Positions 48,250 through 64,000 of a stretch of 64,000 bases of DNA are shown one piece after another; positions within the stretch are counted from its first letter, which is position 1, and each line of letters opens with the position of its first letter. The notes under the pieces were generated by a model. It ran no database searches, was not told where the DNA came from, and saw only the letters and a program-made list of their open reading frames with translations. Source of the stretch: Geosiphon pyriformis uo1 (lineage: Eukaryota; Fungi; Glomeromycota). The position numbers and the translations under genes were made by a program. The stretch covers positions 612,190 to 676,189 of the forward strand of contig JAAOMT010000494.1 of the NCBI GenBank assembly GCA_016748015.1, read 5' to 3'.

Positions 48250-49500
48250 TCAATCAGACTTGAAAGAAGAATCTTTGACAGCAGCTTTGACCGCCTGCTC
48301 CTTTTTCTTTCTATATTGATGATATTTTACATCAGTTCCGCACAAGTAATCCCACCATCTAAAAGAAGTGGAATAACAATTTACAAACGCCATATGATGA
48401 AAATCGTGGTGTTCTGCACCAGCCCAAAATGGAAGAAAATGACGAAGTGACCAAGGAAAATCTATGAGAAAATTTTGAGTGGAAATTAGCATTCTCAATT
48501 AAAATTGATGATTGTTTTTGCTAATAGAATGAGCAAGCATTCCACGAAAATAGAATTCATTACCATAACCTGAATGTGCATCAATCGTCTGAAATAAACG
48601 TAAACTAATCCAGATAAAAACAGTAAAAAGATGTAGATTATTGGTTAGGAAAACCCAAAGAAGCGGCCCACCAATACTTCCCAGTCCTAAAACCAAAACT
48701 TCGATCGGATGAGCATATTCTGCGGTCTAAAGCGCAATATTTAAATTAAAGACTGAATGTCATAAAAATTATCACTGGTAGCCTCAAAACTTACCAAACC
48801 AAAAGGAGCAGAATATTCGTGATGTTGTTTATGCACAATTTGATAAAAAGATCCATAATGCAAAAGACGATGTGCCCAATAGTGATACGTATCTTCAAAA
48901 ACGAAGAAAACCCCAACGTGTAAGGTTATAGTTTTCCAATCCGGAAAAGGCACGGTTTCAATATTCATTCCAAAGAGAGTTGCTACAGGGTGAAAAGCAA
49001 ATATTAAGGGGAGCTGAATCAGGAAATGACTTTTAAGTACTTCTTTGGTGCATTTCCACTGTTCTGCCGCGGTATTGAGTTTATTCTTGTAATAAACAAG
49101 TATTCAAAAGTTAGTAAAAGAGTCATCACATTTTTTAAAGTGATATTAAAAATTTGATGTTCTGTATCTTTTAAGTCCACTCGCTGAGCTCTATTTTGTT
49201 AAAGTTACTACCTGAAGTTTATACTTTTGTAAGAAAGGGATACAATCAGCAACCAAGAAAGGTACACAACGTCCAAAATATACAAATTCGTGCATAAGAA
49301 AAGCTAAAAGACCAGTGGCAATCAACTTATCCTCGAAAGAATCGAACCAACCCGCCCAAGCTTTCTCGAGAAAGTTGAGCTCTGAGAAGCTTTCTGTGGA
49401 ACCATGATAAGTTGAGTTGGAACACCTGGAAATTGTTAAGAGGTCTATACTTAGTCAGCAAGTTTTCGTTTCTGAAAAGTGTAAAAGAAAAGACTCACAT
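48250..49500 (-). CDS. ERG25: C-4 methylsterol oxidase (sterol desaturase/fatty acid hydroxylase family), multi-exon
   Basis: His boxes [20 protein letters not shown] and HHDFHH; EYSAPFGL; GT-AG introns. The start codon is probably split by the first intron. Confidence 0.9.
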
Positions 49501-50410
49501 TCCACTTCTTTTGAGTTTGAACCCGTTAACCGTGATTAAATTTTTGATTTATTTTCAGAAATTTAATATGTTGCACCCGATCGTTTGTTCTCACGAATTA
49601 TCACATCTAATCTTTTTAACGTTAGTCAGATGTCTGGATATCATTTGTATGTGATAGCTGTTTGTGTTTTTTTTTTTCCGGGTAATTGTTAATTAATTTA
49701 TGACCTAAAAAATTTTCCGGTTGATATTTTTGTTATATTAATAAGAAATATCTAGTAACAAAATTCTTAATAAAACAGACTTTTTTAAAAAGAAAAAAAA
49801 ATTCCTTTTGGATTTTATCTAAAACTAATTTTGGTTTTCCATTTTTTTTTAAAAGAATTCATTGTATAAATGGATTATCTGAAGAAAATTTTATATTAAA
49901 AGCACATGTTCTAACAATCAGGAGATATTCAAGCACTTAGTAAATGTTTAAACTTAAGTGGACACAATGCTTACAAAGGTTGCCGATTTTGTTAAATTGA
50001 GGGTATTTGCCATGAATCAAATTATCATATATATTTTTCTCAAGTAAATGCATCATTGGATTTAAAAACACATTAAATATTATGGATAAAATTGACAATA
50101 AAGAAAATAAACAGTTACACCATAAAGAATAATGGATCTCGGAATTATTTTAGTTCAGATGGTCATTTAATACAAGTCACCCTTAAAATTCATAATGGGT
50201 ATTTTAATTTTCCACCAAATTTGATTTAAGATGTCCCAAAAATAATCCCCAATTAGATTGCCTCATGATCTTAACATATCAGAAAATTTGTAGTATTCTT
50301 ACAAAATGAAATTGTTCAATTAAGTTTTAAATTTTAATCCAAATAATTTTTATTGATAGGCGTTACTCACCAAAAATTTTCAGTGGTATCAAATAACTGT
50401 ATCTTTACAG

Positions 50411-52084
50411 ATGGTTCGATTATGCTTTATCTGTAATGAAGAACGCGCAAGCGTAAAACGTCCAAAAACAGGACAACAGCTATGTAGAAACTGCTTTTTC
50501 TACGTTTTCGAAACTGAGATTCATCGTACCATTACCGATAGCAAATTATTTAAAAAGGGTGAAAAAGTGGCAATCGCTGCTTCTGGCGGAAAAGGTTGAG
50601 GCACTTAATTTTTTAGAGTTTCTCGTCTTCGAGAATTTCACATTTCAATTCATAAAATCACGATAGATTCTACTGTACTTGCACATATAATGAAACTATT
50701 GAATGAACAGTATGATTACGGGCTAGATTTATTTCTGTTGTCAGTTGATGAAGGTATTACCGGGTATCGCGATGATTCGTTGGAGGTCATTCCTTATCTA
50801 TTTTCTCAACTAAAAATCCTACTTTTTTGATCTTTAATTACCTACTTTAATTTTTCCACAGACCGTCAAAAGAAATCAACAACAATATGATCTACCACTG
50901 AAAATCGTATCTTATAAATCACTCTATGGATGGAGCATGGATGAGATTGTCAAGGAAATCGGATTAAAGAATAATTGTAAGTCCAGCCAATTTCCCTACG
51001 CTAATTGTGTTTAAGATTCAGCTTTGAGCAAATTACTTATTTACTATTGTCAAAATTCTCAATCCTTCAAATTTAGGTACTTTTTGTGGTGTATTTCGAC
51101 GTCAAGCGCTTGATCGAGGCGCTATCATGTTACAGACTGATCACATAGTCACTGGTCACAACGCAGACGATATTGCAGAGACAGTATTAATGAATAGTAA
51201 ATGATTTTTATCAAAGACCCATTTTTCTCCAGAAATTGAGGTAGTAATTCACTTTTCTTATTTTACAAAATTACACTAGTCTTGAGAGGGGATATCGCGC
51301 GACTTCAACGATGTACAGAGATTTGTACTACTGGGGATGTACGCATTCGGCGATCAAAACCATTCAAATATGCATACGAGAAAGAAATTGTAATGTCGGT
51401 ATAAAGAGATGATTAATCCCTTGTTTTTTATTTGAAAGGCTGAGTCAAGGGGTGTAATTATTTTTAATGTGCGTCTATAAATAGGTATGCATATTTCAAA
51501 AAGTTGGATTATTTTTCGACCGAATGCATATATTCACCTAATTCTTATCGGGGACACGCAAGGACTTTCTTAAAAGATTTAGAGGTCATCCGACCCAGCG
51601 CCATTATAGGTAAGCCCAAGCCCAAGAAACAGAGGATATTGATTTCACATGTAATAAATTTAACTTTTTTTAAGATATAATTTACTCGGGAGAGGCTTTT
51701 GAGATCAAGGATGATATTAAGCTTCCAACTCAAGGAGTATGCAAAAGATGCGGCTACATGTCGAGCAATGAACTTTGCAAAGCGTGTGTCTTATTGGAAG
51801 GTTTGAATCGTGGTTTGCCCAAGTAAGAATTTTCACGGATTTTATTTTGAAATATTCGCACATTGTTCAACTTTCAAATTGATTACTATAGATTGGGGAT
51901 TGGTAAAACGCATCGAATGGTAATATATTTAATTATTTCTCACTCTACACATAATATTAATACCTTATTGATTAATTAGAGAAAATTACATGGTGAAATG
52001 CCTCGCAATACAGCCACTTTATTGCATCTCAGTCAAGTAAAAATTGATAGTGAAACAGCTTCCAAAGAGCCAGGAATCCAATGA
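50411..52084 (+). CDS. NCS6: Cytoplasmic tRNA 2-thiolation protein 1, multi-exon
   Basis: N-terminal CxxC pairs, PP-loop [32 protein letters not shown]-terminal CKRCGY...LCKAC. Confidence 0.95.
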
Positions 52085-52086
52085 AA

Positions 52087-53463
52087 TCAAACTTGAATCC
52101 TATACTGAGAGTTAGATGTCTCATCAAATTTCTTGCGAGTTTCCCGTCCCATTATTAACTCTTTAATGTTTTCCAAGCTTCGTCTTTCTTCTGGTCCCCA
52201 ACTGGGTTCTGTGTCAATTGAGATTTTTTGTACAAAATCTAAAGTATCTTTATCGAATTCAACCCCGTTGAATTTCATTTCTTTCACCAACTGCTCTATT
52301 CCGTTAATATCTCTCCAATATTCCCATCTTGTTTGTAATACCTCATTGTAAACTCTTGTGCTAACCCCTCTTACGTAAGATTCAATACCTTTTCTTTTCG
52401 CTTGTTCGAAAATGGATAATACCATATAAGGGTCACTAAAAACGGTTCGACTAAGATACATTGCCTGTTCTAAGAGAGTTGCGTATTGAGGATCAAATTT
52501 TATTTGAGGGTCTGTGCCTGACTCACTATTCATATCTTTGAATATGCGTTCCCAAACAAATTGTAATAGTAGTCGGTTATCAAGGCAATATTGCAGCATC
52601 TCATTTTTGATTCTTGATGAAATAGCTTGAGCTTCTTCTGATTGCTTCCGATTTTGAATAACTTTCAAAGAATTAATATTTCTGGGAGTAGAAGGTACCG
52701 CATCAAAATGTTCACTAAGCCATCCCGTCCTAGTATGTTCGGAAGTTTTGGCAGCGTAACCCGATTGAAACTTGATATTTTTATCACCATTTGTTTTCTG
52801 TATTACATTTCTAGAGATAGAAGGTACTACATCAAAATGCTCATTAAACCATCCAGTTTCAACATGATCTCTTGAATTTTTTCTAACGTAAGTTGATGAA
52901 GGTTTTATGTTTTTGTCCCCATTCGCTTTGTTTGTTCCTTCTTTTCGCTTAATCAGTTCAATTAGATGTCGCTCGATAGTAGACATTCCCTGATCACTTG
53001 AATCTAGCTCTATAGGCTCTTCAACTTCCTTGACCGTCTGAAATCGGGGCTTTTCGAACAAAGTGGCAAAAATCTTGTTAAAAGCTTCTTTCTCCTCGGC
53101 CGAAAGAACCTTTTTCGGAGTTTTATATATGATAGGTATTGGCTTTCCCATCACATTTCTAGGTCTATTTGATGGTGTTGGTGGGGACCCGTGTGGTTTT
53201 CTGTGGGGCAGCTTGTTGGACTCTGCCTGTCCAAATACATCTTCGAAAAGAAAGCGCCAATTTTCTGGGGAAGAGGAATTTTCAATGGTTTTTCCTGTTG
53301 CAGTTGCTGAAAAGTTTCTAAAAGTAAGAGGGGTCCCAGTCATATCACGTCTCGGACGAAAAGTGCATCGAATTTGGGAGGTTGAACAAGGAAAATGGTT
53401 CGCTTTTATTTGAGTATGGAGCAAGCTAATGACCGTCAAATAAATAAAATTGACTTTGAACAC
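52087..53463 (-). CDS. Mtf2-like mitochondrial protein (true start uncertain; a small upstream exon may begin near 53540)
   Basis: 458-aa ORF. The C-terminus DPYMVLSIFEQAK..GIESYVRGVSTRVYNEVLQTRW...EMKFNGVEFD is characteristic of the fungal Mtf2 C-terminal domain. Confidence 0.75.
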   Translation of the reverse strand: MFKVNFIYLTVISLLHTQIKANHFPCSTSQIRCTFRPRRDMTGTPLTFRNFSATATGKTIENSSSPENWRFLFEDVFGQAESNKLPHRKPHGSPPTPSNRPRNVMGKPIPIIYKTPKKVLSAEEKEAFNKIFATLFEKPRFQTVKEVEEPIELDSSDQGMSTIERHLIELIKRKEGTNKANGDKNIKPSSTYVRKNSRDHVETGWFNEHFDVVPSISRNVIQKTNGDKNIKFQSGYAAKTSEHTRTGWLSEHFDAVPSTPRNINSLKVIQNRKQSEEAQAISSRIKNEMLQYCLDNRLLLQFVWERIFKDMNSESGTDPQIKFDPQYATLLEQAMYLSRTVFSDPYMVLSIFEQAKRKGIESYVRGVSTRVYNEVLQTRWEYWRDINGIEQLVKEMKFNGVEFDKDTLDFVQKISIDTEPSWGPEERRSLENIKELIMGRETRKKFDETSNSQYRIQV

Positions 53464-53714
53464 TCATTAATGATTAAAAGGAATGAAATACCTCGGTTTT
53501 GAATACGTTTTTTTAATTTAGGAATAACTTTGAGGGACATTTCGCAAATTTCCTTGTATCCACCTAAGCTACAAAGCAGAATTTTCTCAAAAGATAATCA
53601 CTGATCTTGGGATATCAGATCATCTCAGATTAGATTACTTGAATAGTTTTAAATTAAATCTTTATTCACCACGTTTTATTGAATTAAATCCCTCAAATAG
53701 TAAGCAAATAGATA

Positions 53715-57591
<3,877 letters not shown>

Positions 57592-57836
57592 TATGGTAAA
57601 GGTTTTATTAAATTACTTCTATTTGGGAGGAACTTTGTATTACATAGAAAAAGATCAGCAGAGATTATATAAAACGCAAAGACAAATCACATGATCTTAA
57701 CGGAAAATGACAATGTTCATAGAACTTCTTTGAATACCACGTGATTAACACACAGCTTATATGGATTCAACTATAGTCGCAAAATTTTCCAACAGCTCGT
57801 TCTAAATCCAATAACCCGATCAAAAAAGAGAACAGA
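57592..57836. promoter_or_regulatory. 245-bp divergent VPS34/TCP1 intergenic region with E-boxes
   Basis: Head-to-head ATGs at 57591 and 57837; TCACATGA at 57687-57694 and CACGTG at 57738-57743. Confidence 0.6.
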
Positions 57837-60183
57837 ATGTTTACACGCGATCGTTCGGCTGGTCTATTTCTTGGTGGTGAAAGAATCACTGGGAGTGAAG
57901 TTCGCAACCAAAATGGTAAATGGTTTTCTACTTCACTTTCTAATCTGAGGAACAATGTCATACTGCATCTTCAAAAAAAAATTCCATATTGTTGTTTTAC
58001 ACAGATAAAATAGTTAGATGTCTTACAAATTTCATTTTATCCAACTAGTATTGGCTGCCATGTCTATTGCCAATATCGTAAAAAGTTCCCTTGGACCGGT
58101 TGGCCTTGATAAAATGCTTGTTGATGACATTGGGGTATTACAATAGATTTACTTATTTATGTCAACAAAGCAAGACAAAAATCTGCGATTTGATGGATAA
58201 TATATGATGATCACGTAGGATGTAACCATTTCCAACGATGGGGCTACTATTTTAAACCTTCTTGAAGTTGAGCATCCTGCAGGACGTGTTCTCGTCGAGC
58301 TTGCTCAACAGCAAGATAAAGAAGTAGGCGACGGGACGACCTCAGTTGTAATCATTGCCGCCGAACTTCTTCGAAGAGCCAATGAATTAGTAAAAAATAA
58401 GATTCATCCCACCACTATTATAACCGGCTATCGATTAGCTAGCAAGGAAGCATGTAAATATATTGCTGATCACCTCATTGCTAAAGTGGATACCCTCGGT
58501 CGAGAGTGCTTAATAAATGTGGCTAAGACCAGCATGTCGAGCAAAATCATCGGCAGGTAAGTGTCACCTGATTAAACTGACGCAAGTCAACGAAATCAAC
58601 CTAATTTTCTAGGCCTAGCCTAATAATTTGAGCCTTTAATATAATGAAGTGAAGATGAATTTTTTGCGAATATTGTTGTCGATGCTCTCCAATCTGTTAA
58701 ATCTACCAACTCTCGCGGTGAAACAAATTATCCAGTCAAAGCAGTTAATATTCTCAAAGCACACGGAAAAAGTACTCGTGACTCTTTCCTTGTTAAAGGA
58801 TATGCCTTAAATTGTACTGTTGCAGCACAGGGTAAGTAATTTTTTTTGATGTTACACCCAAATTCGATCTTCGCTGATCTTCATCTAACAGGTATGAAAA
58901 CAAAAATTACGAACGCTAAGATTGCATGTCTTGATATGAATCTTCAGAAGACAAGGATGCATTTGGGCGTTCATATAACTGTTGATGATCCGGATAAATT
59001 GGAAGATATTCGCAAGAGGTATAAAGTGAAACCAAAAGGGCACGGAAGTTGATGATTTTTTTCCAAGCAATGAGCTTCATTCTGCATCAATTTTTACCCT
59101 AAGAGAAGCTACCATCACGCTTGAGCGTATTCAGAAAATTCTCGCCACGGGGGCTAATGTTGTTCTCACGACAAAGGGAATCGATGACCTATGTCTAAAA
59201 ACGTTCGTTGAAGCTGGAGCCATGGCTGTGCGCCGATGTAATAAAGATGACCTGAGAAGAATAGCCAAAGCAACTGGAGGTAATGAACTTTTTTCATTAA
59301 TCTTCGGCCTGGATAATTTCAACTGATTTTCCTCCTTGGTTACGCGGTTGGAATTAGCAACCCTTATATCCACACTTGCAAATCTTGAGGGAGAAGAAAC
59401 CTTCGAGGCTTCATATCTTGGTTCAGCTGAAGAAGTAGTACAAGAACGTATTTCAGATGATGAATGTATACTTGTCAAGGGAACAAAAGCACAAAGTTCT
59501 GCCTCAATAATTTTGCGCGGTGCCAATGATTATATGCTCGACGAAATGGAAAGAGCTTTGCATGATTCCTTATCAGTAGTAAAAAGAACGTTAGAAAGTG
59601 GCAGTGTTGTTCCAGGTGGCGGGGCAGTGGAAACTGCGCTCAGTATTTATTTAGAAAATTTTGCCACTACATTGGTAAATTTCGCTCAACTATTTGAAGT
59701 CTTTCAAAATGAATATAGATATTAACTTTTACGGATTTATAGGGATCACGGGAACAACTTGCCATAGCTGAATTTGCCAATTCCCTCCTTGTAATTCCGA
59801 AGACACTTGCAGTGAATGCTGCAAAAGACTCCACAGATCTAGTAGCCAAACTTCGCGCTTATCACAACGCATCCCAGAATGCATCACCTGATGATCCAAC
59901 CAAGAATCTCAAATATTACGGCCTTGACCTTCTACAGGGAGAAATTAGAGATAATTTAAAGGCTGGTGTATTGGAACCAGCCATGTCAAAAATTAGGTCA
60001 CTAAAATCAGCTACAGAGGCGGCTATTTCCATCCTACGCATTGATGACATGATTAAGGCAAATTTTCATTTGTTCATTGTTAAATATTGAATATTTCCTA
60101 CTCATTTTAATACCGGCTTTATTTCCTATTAGGTTGAACCTGAGCAAAAAGGGGGTCCTCATGATGATGGCCATGGTCACTGA
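57837..60183 (+). CDS. TCP1: T-complex protein 1 subunit alpha (CCT1), multi-exon
   Basis: [69 protein letters not shown]. Confidence 0.97.
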
Positions 60184-60892
60184 AATCTTTTTTTCAGTTT
60201 TGGGTTTGACCTTAGAGTTTTTCGATAAATAGATTAGATAGGCTATACAGTGCTATATATTTGGGCTAATAAAGGTAACCCTGATTTTCCTCTGTTTATA
60301 TGGTCAAATAATCTAATCCCTCTGCATACTCGCATCGAACCTTTTACGCACAAAAATCATTGAGAAAGCTTTTTCAGTTATAATGAATGACATTCGTAAT
60401 TTTTAAATCGTAATATACGAATATACATGAGTCAGCAAGTCATTTAACCTGTCCTCAGAATGCAGTCGGTTGGCTACTTTCACTGATATTGGTCTCGGTT
60501 TTATCTGAAATTTTAGATTTTGTTTAGTGTGCTCTATCTCCTTTTGATGGATCTTGCATCATTTCAAATGTCAAATTGCTTGCCTTACTTTCATACAAGT
60601 ATCGCTTAACTTTTCTAACTGGATAAACAAACTAGATTTAGTTCTTCATCCCTATGAGGGAGTACAATCCGAGTCCTGCTAGTGATATTTTGTTGTCCAC
60701 ATTTAAAACGTTTACTCGTTGGCGAAAGTCAAAATAATACAAATAATTTAAAAATCTGTCTTCCTATTATTTGACAATTTATGCACGGACTAAGTTGAAT
60801 ACATAGTGATATGTCTGAGTGTATACAATGTTTAGTTTCTAAGGAATAAATTACACTGTTCCTGAATATATTTACTGGCGAGCCTGTGGCAA

Positions 60893-63800
60893 TCAGGATC
60901 CATTTATACTCAAAGGATGTTCATTATCACGATCATTCAAATTTTGGGCAGCGTTTTCCAAAAAAGTAGTCGGTCCTTGAATTCCCTCTAGATTTGATAA
61001 TTTTTGAATGTAATATTGAACATCGACCAACAATCTGTTTATATAATAAAAGGGCATTAGCAATATAGTCGTAATATAATATATTCAGAATTTCGTAAAA
61101 TACCTTTGTTTCCCTGCCGCGGTCAAAATTTCAAGATGAGCCATCTCTTGAGCCAATTTAGTATTGAATGATTGGAAAACTTGACCCATAACTCTCTAAG
61201 ATATGCGAGGGTATTTTAATTAGTTGGGGATGGTAAATTTTTAGGCTTGAGCTTGAGAATTGGAAATTCACCTCCAAGACTTCCGGGTGAAGATATTTAT
61301 TTAAAACCCGATGCAAAGTTGTAGTCTCCCTCACTAGCTTTTCCATATAAACATTGGGGCCTTCTATAGGTTTAGATTCAGGTTCATCCCAATTCACCTT
61401 CTGCATAAAGAAGAAAAGCAAGATGATTTAAGATCGATATTATAATATTCCCAATCCTCAAGGGAACATACTCTAAAATCTTGCATATGATCAACCAATC
61501 TTTCGTCCATAATAGAAACAAGTTTATTATGTATTTCTTGCTGATGATCCAAATAGTCCTTTCGTTAAAAAAATCATAATAATAAAATAAATATTTATTA
61601 GTTTCTAGATTGAACCAATTAAGCTGCATTCATGTATATAAATTTATTCAAACGGTACCTACTCGTTTGGTTTTGTCAAATTCAGTCAGCATAATCGCTT
61701 GTTTAGTTTTCAAGTTATGTCTAATACACTCACGAATATATGGTATAAGTGATATTATGACACCAAGTGATTGAGAAGCCAATGCTGCAAGAATTCAAGA
61801 AATAAATCAGTGAAAACAGAACACATAAGGGAAAAGGAATAAAAAAGTACCAAGATGTTTCGCGGTGATATTTTTCAATCCCGCAGACTTCATCGCTCCA
61901 GCACCCAAAATTACTTGGCAGATTCGGGAGTTAAAAAGCTAAAAATCAATTAAATTTGGAATTCATTTGACGTAATTTCAAAAAACCGAAGCTCACTTTC
62001 AAAATTTCCACAATTCGATTCATCGCTTCGGTGGTCAAAGAGGGAATATTAGCCATGCATCTTAAGTATTCTCCTAACGTTTTGATCATCATTAGGCTGC
62101 ATGCGACTACCGTAAACTGGTGATTGCCTTCAATAGAGATGTACCGATTACTAATAAAATTATTTGTTGGACTGTTAGTCATAATCACAGTATCGGTATT
62201 GGTTGGAAATTGCATAGGTGGCGCAAGATAGCTTGGAGAGAGGGGATTGGCTAAAGAGAGATCAGCTAATAAATTATCTTTGAAACCATCCATCCCAATA
62301 GTCGCAGCAGAGACTATTCTGTCAACCATACGTTGAAAATCAACAGGAATCAGAGTTTGCACCCACTGTTCATTTTCAATTACAGAAGCAGCCGAATTCA
62401 TTTTTTCCATATGAAAATGCTTCAGGAAAGATTTGGCCTTTGAACAAAGTTAGAGAATTTCCCGAATTAAATAATAAAATTTTATTATGATTATTAATAA
62501 TATCAGTTATTATCATTTTTGATGGAATCTTACCTGAGACATGATGGTTCCCCGCAGGCCAATACACATCCGCCCGCATAAACTTTCACCTCCTAACACA
62601 AATGCCCAGGTGACATCAAATAAGCGATAAAAATCTTTAGGATTGAGTCGAGCATTTGGTTCGGCACGTTCAGCAATCAGTTTGGCACAACGCATGTGAG
62701 CAAGATCTGCAGCGGCAAAAACTATCTCACATGATTCCGTAATCAATTGTGCATATATATCATCTGAATGAGTGGCTGATTGTGAAATGGTAGTATCTCC
62801 AGTTATGACTTGAACTGGCGTTGGCTCTTGAGAAACAGATGGAACTAATCCTAAGGTAGACGATGAGGCTTTTTGAATAATGGATTTGATTCCACTGGTT
62901 ATCTTTTGTGCACCAATCAATTTAGATTGCTTACTGCCGCTTAATATTGGTTGTTGTTCATTCTGTACATTTTGAGCAATTGATTGGCTTTCAGATCCAT
63001 TTTCTTGTTGAATCATTTCTTGATTTTCTTTCTTTATTTTGATCAACTCGATCTTATTTCTACCCTCAACATCAGCGATTCGGAGATCATTCAAGATTGA
63101 GACAAATAGGTCATTATAAATAGCAATTCGCTTGATTGCTTCAAATAATAGTGCATAAACTGCCAAAAGAATTTCCATAAAGGCGTCAAACGACATTCCT
63201 TTAAGTAGCTTTGCAAAGGAATCACTAGCGAAAAAAAATAGAAAATGAAATTGGATAGAATAAAGCACTCTAAACAATCTTGTAGATCTACAAATCTAGG
63301 AATTAATATACCTGGGTTCATTCAGTGGGAGGTTGGAGGGGTAATGCTAAAAAACCGGGTTATAGATTTGTTAAAAAATTTTCTTAAGAACCATTATACT
63401 TTTAACATCAGACGATATTAATGTTTAAAATGGAGATTACCTTTTGAATGAGTTTCTTTACTTCCTTTAAAAGACGCTCACGATAAACAAGTAATGTGGT
63501 TGAAAAGCGGTTAATTTTATAAATTCCCACAACCAACGGTGATATTCTTTCACGCAATTTTGTCTCTTTCTGGCTGCTTTCGAGTAAGATAGAGGGGACG
63601 GGATGAACAGATTTTTTAATTGGCGATATAATTTGTAGGAATTCGTATAGAGAGTTTACAACTTTGCCCTTGTCCACATTATCAATATGTTCCTCAAAAT
63701 CAAGAAATATCATGTTTAATAAATCATTCTCCATCATAACACCAATTGTTTTATGCATCTCAGCCAGGTGACTGCTAAAGTGAACTAGCGCTCTCACTCC

Positions 63801-64000
63801 TCGAAGATCCACAGAACCAGATTTGAGTCCCTCTGATACATTACTCAAACGACGCAGAATTGTCTGGGGTCTCGAGGTTTTAGTAGTGATTATGGAAGAT
63901 TTAGTATTGAAAAGAGCTTTTTCTTCGTTTTCCGCAGAATAGTGATTTCCTTGTAAAAATTTTTTGGATTCTTCAATCAAATCCAACGCTGAAAAATAGT
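60893..64000 (-). CDS. VPS54: GARP complex subunit Vps54, multi-exon; 5' part lies beyond the window
   Basis: FNSRICQVILGAGAMKSAGLKNITAKHLALASQSL (Vps54 C-terminal domain); YMEKLVRETTTLHRVLNKYL. Confidence 0.92.

Noticed and set aside
57715-57735. Heat-shock element upstream of TCP1
   Set aside because: The GAA/TTC spacing does not fit nGAAnnTTCn.
60184-60892. Possible ncRNA between TCP1 and VPS54
   Set aside because: No recognisable tRNA, snRNA or snoRNA features.

Overview
Eukaryotic, early-diverging fungal DNA. The short GT-AG introns, AT-rich composition and Gag style suggest Glomeromycotina, possibly Geosiphon-like (inference only). The window has two parts. (1) ~0.5-47 kb is a CpG-depleted, transition-riddled nest of transposons: a decayed IS630/Tc1-type DDE transposase plus Ty3/Gypsy-like LTR elements of two related LTR families. 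These are family A (A1 1929-17278, A2 6248-11737, A3 31699-42552, solo LTR 35827-36799) and family B-type (D remnant 1741-19120, B1 21381-31244, rearranged C 20285-46836). The nesting order is resolved by 4-bp TSDs. (2) ~48.2-64 kb is a compact housekeeping block: ERG25-like, NCS6/CTU1, Mtf2-like, VPS34, TCP1/CCT1 and VPS54 (partial). The main result is the shared, complex-retrovirus-like layout of the LTR elements: LTR - PBS - AUG-free, probably GUG-initiated N-terminal extension - Gag(CCHC) - protease - a ~250-aa Cys-rich module - dUTPase - RT - RNase H - STOP - G-free spacer - stand-alone integrase ORF - conserved ~210-235-aa accessory ORF3 - PPT - LTR. Each family also carries its own regularly spaced palindromic array in U3. 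All coordinates and translations were read by hand; no database searches were run.
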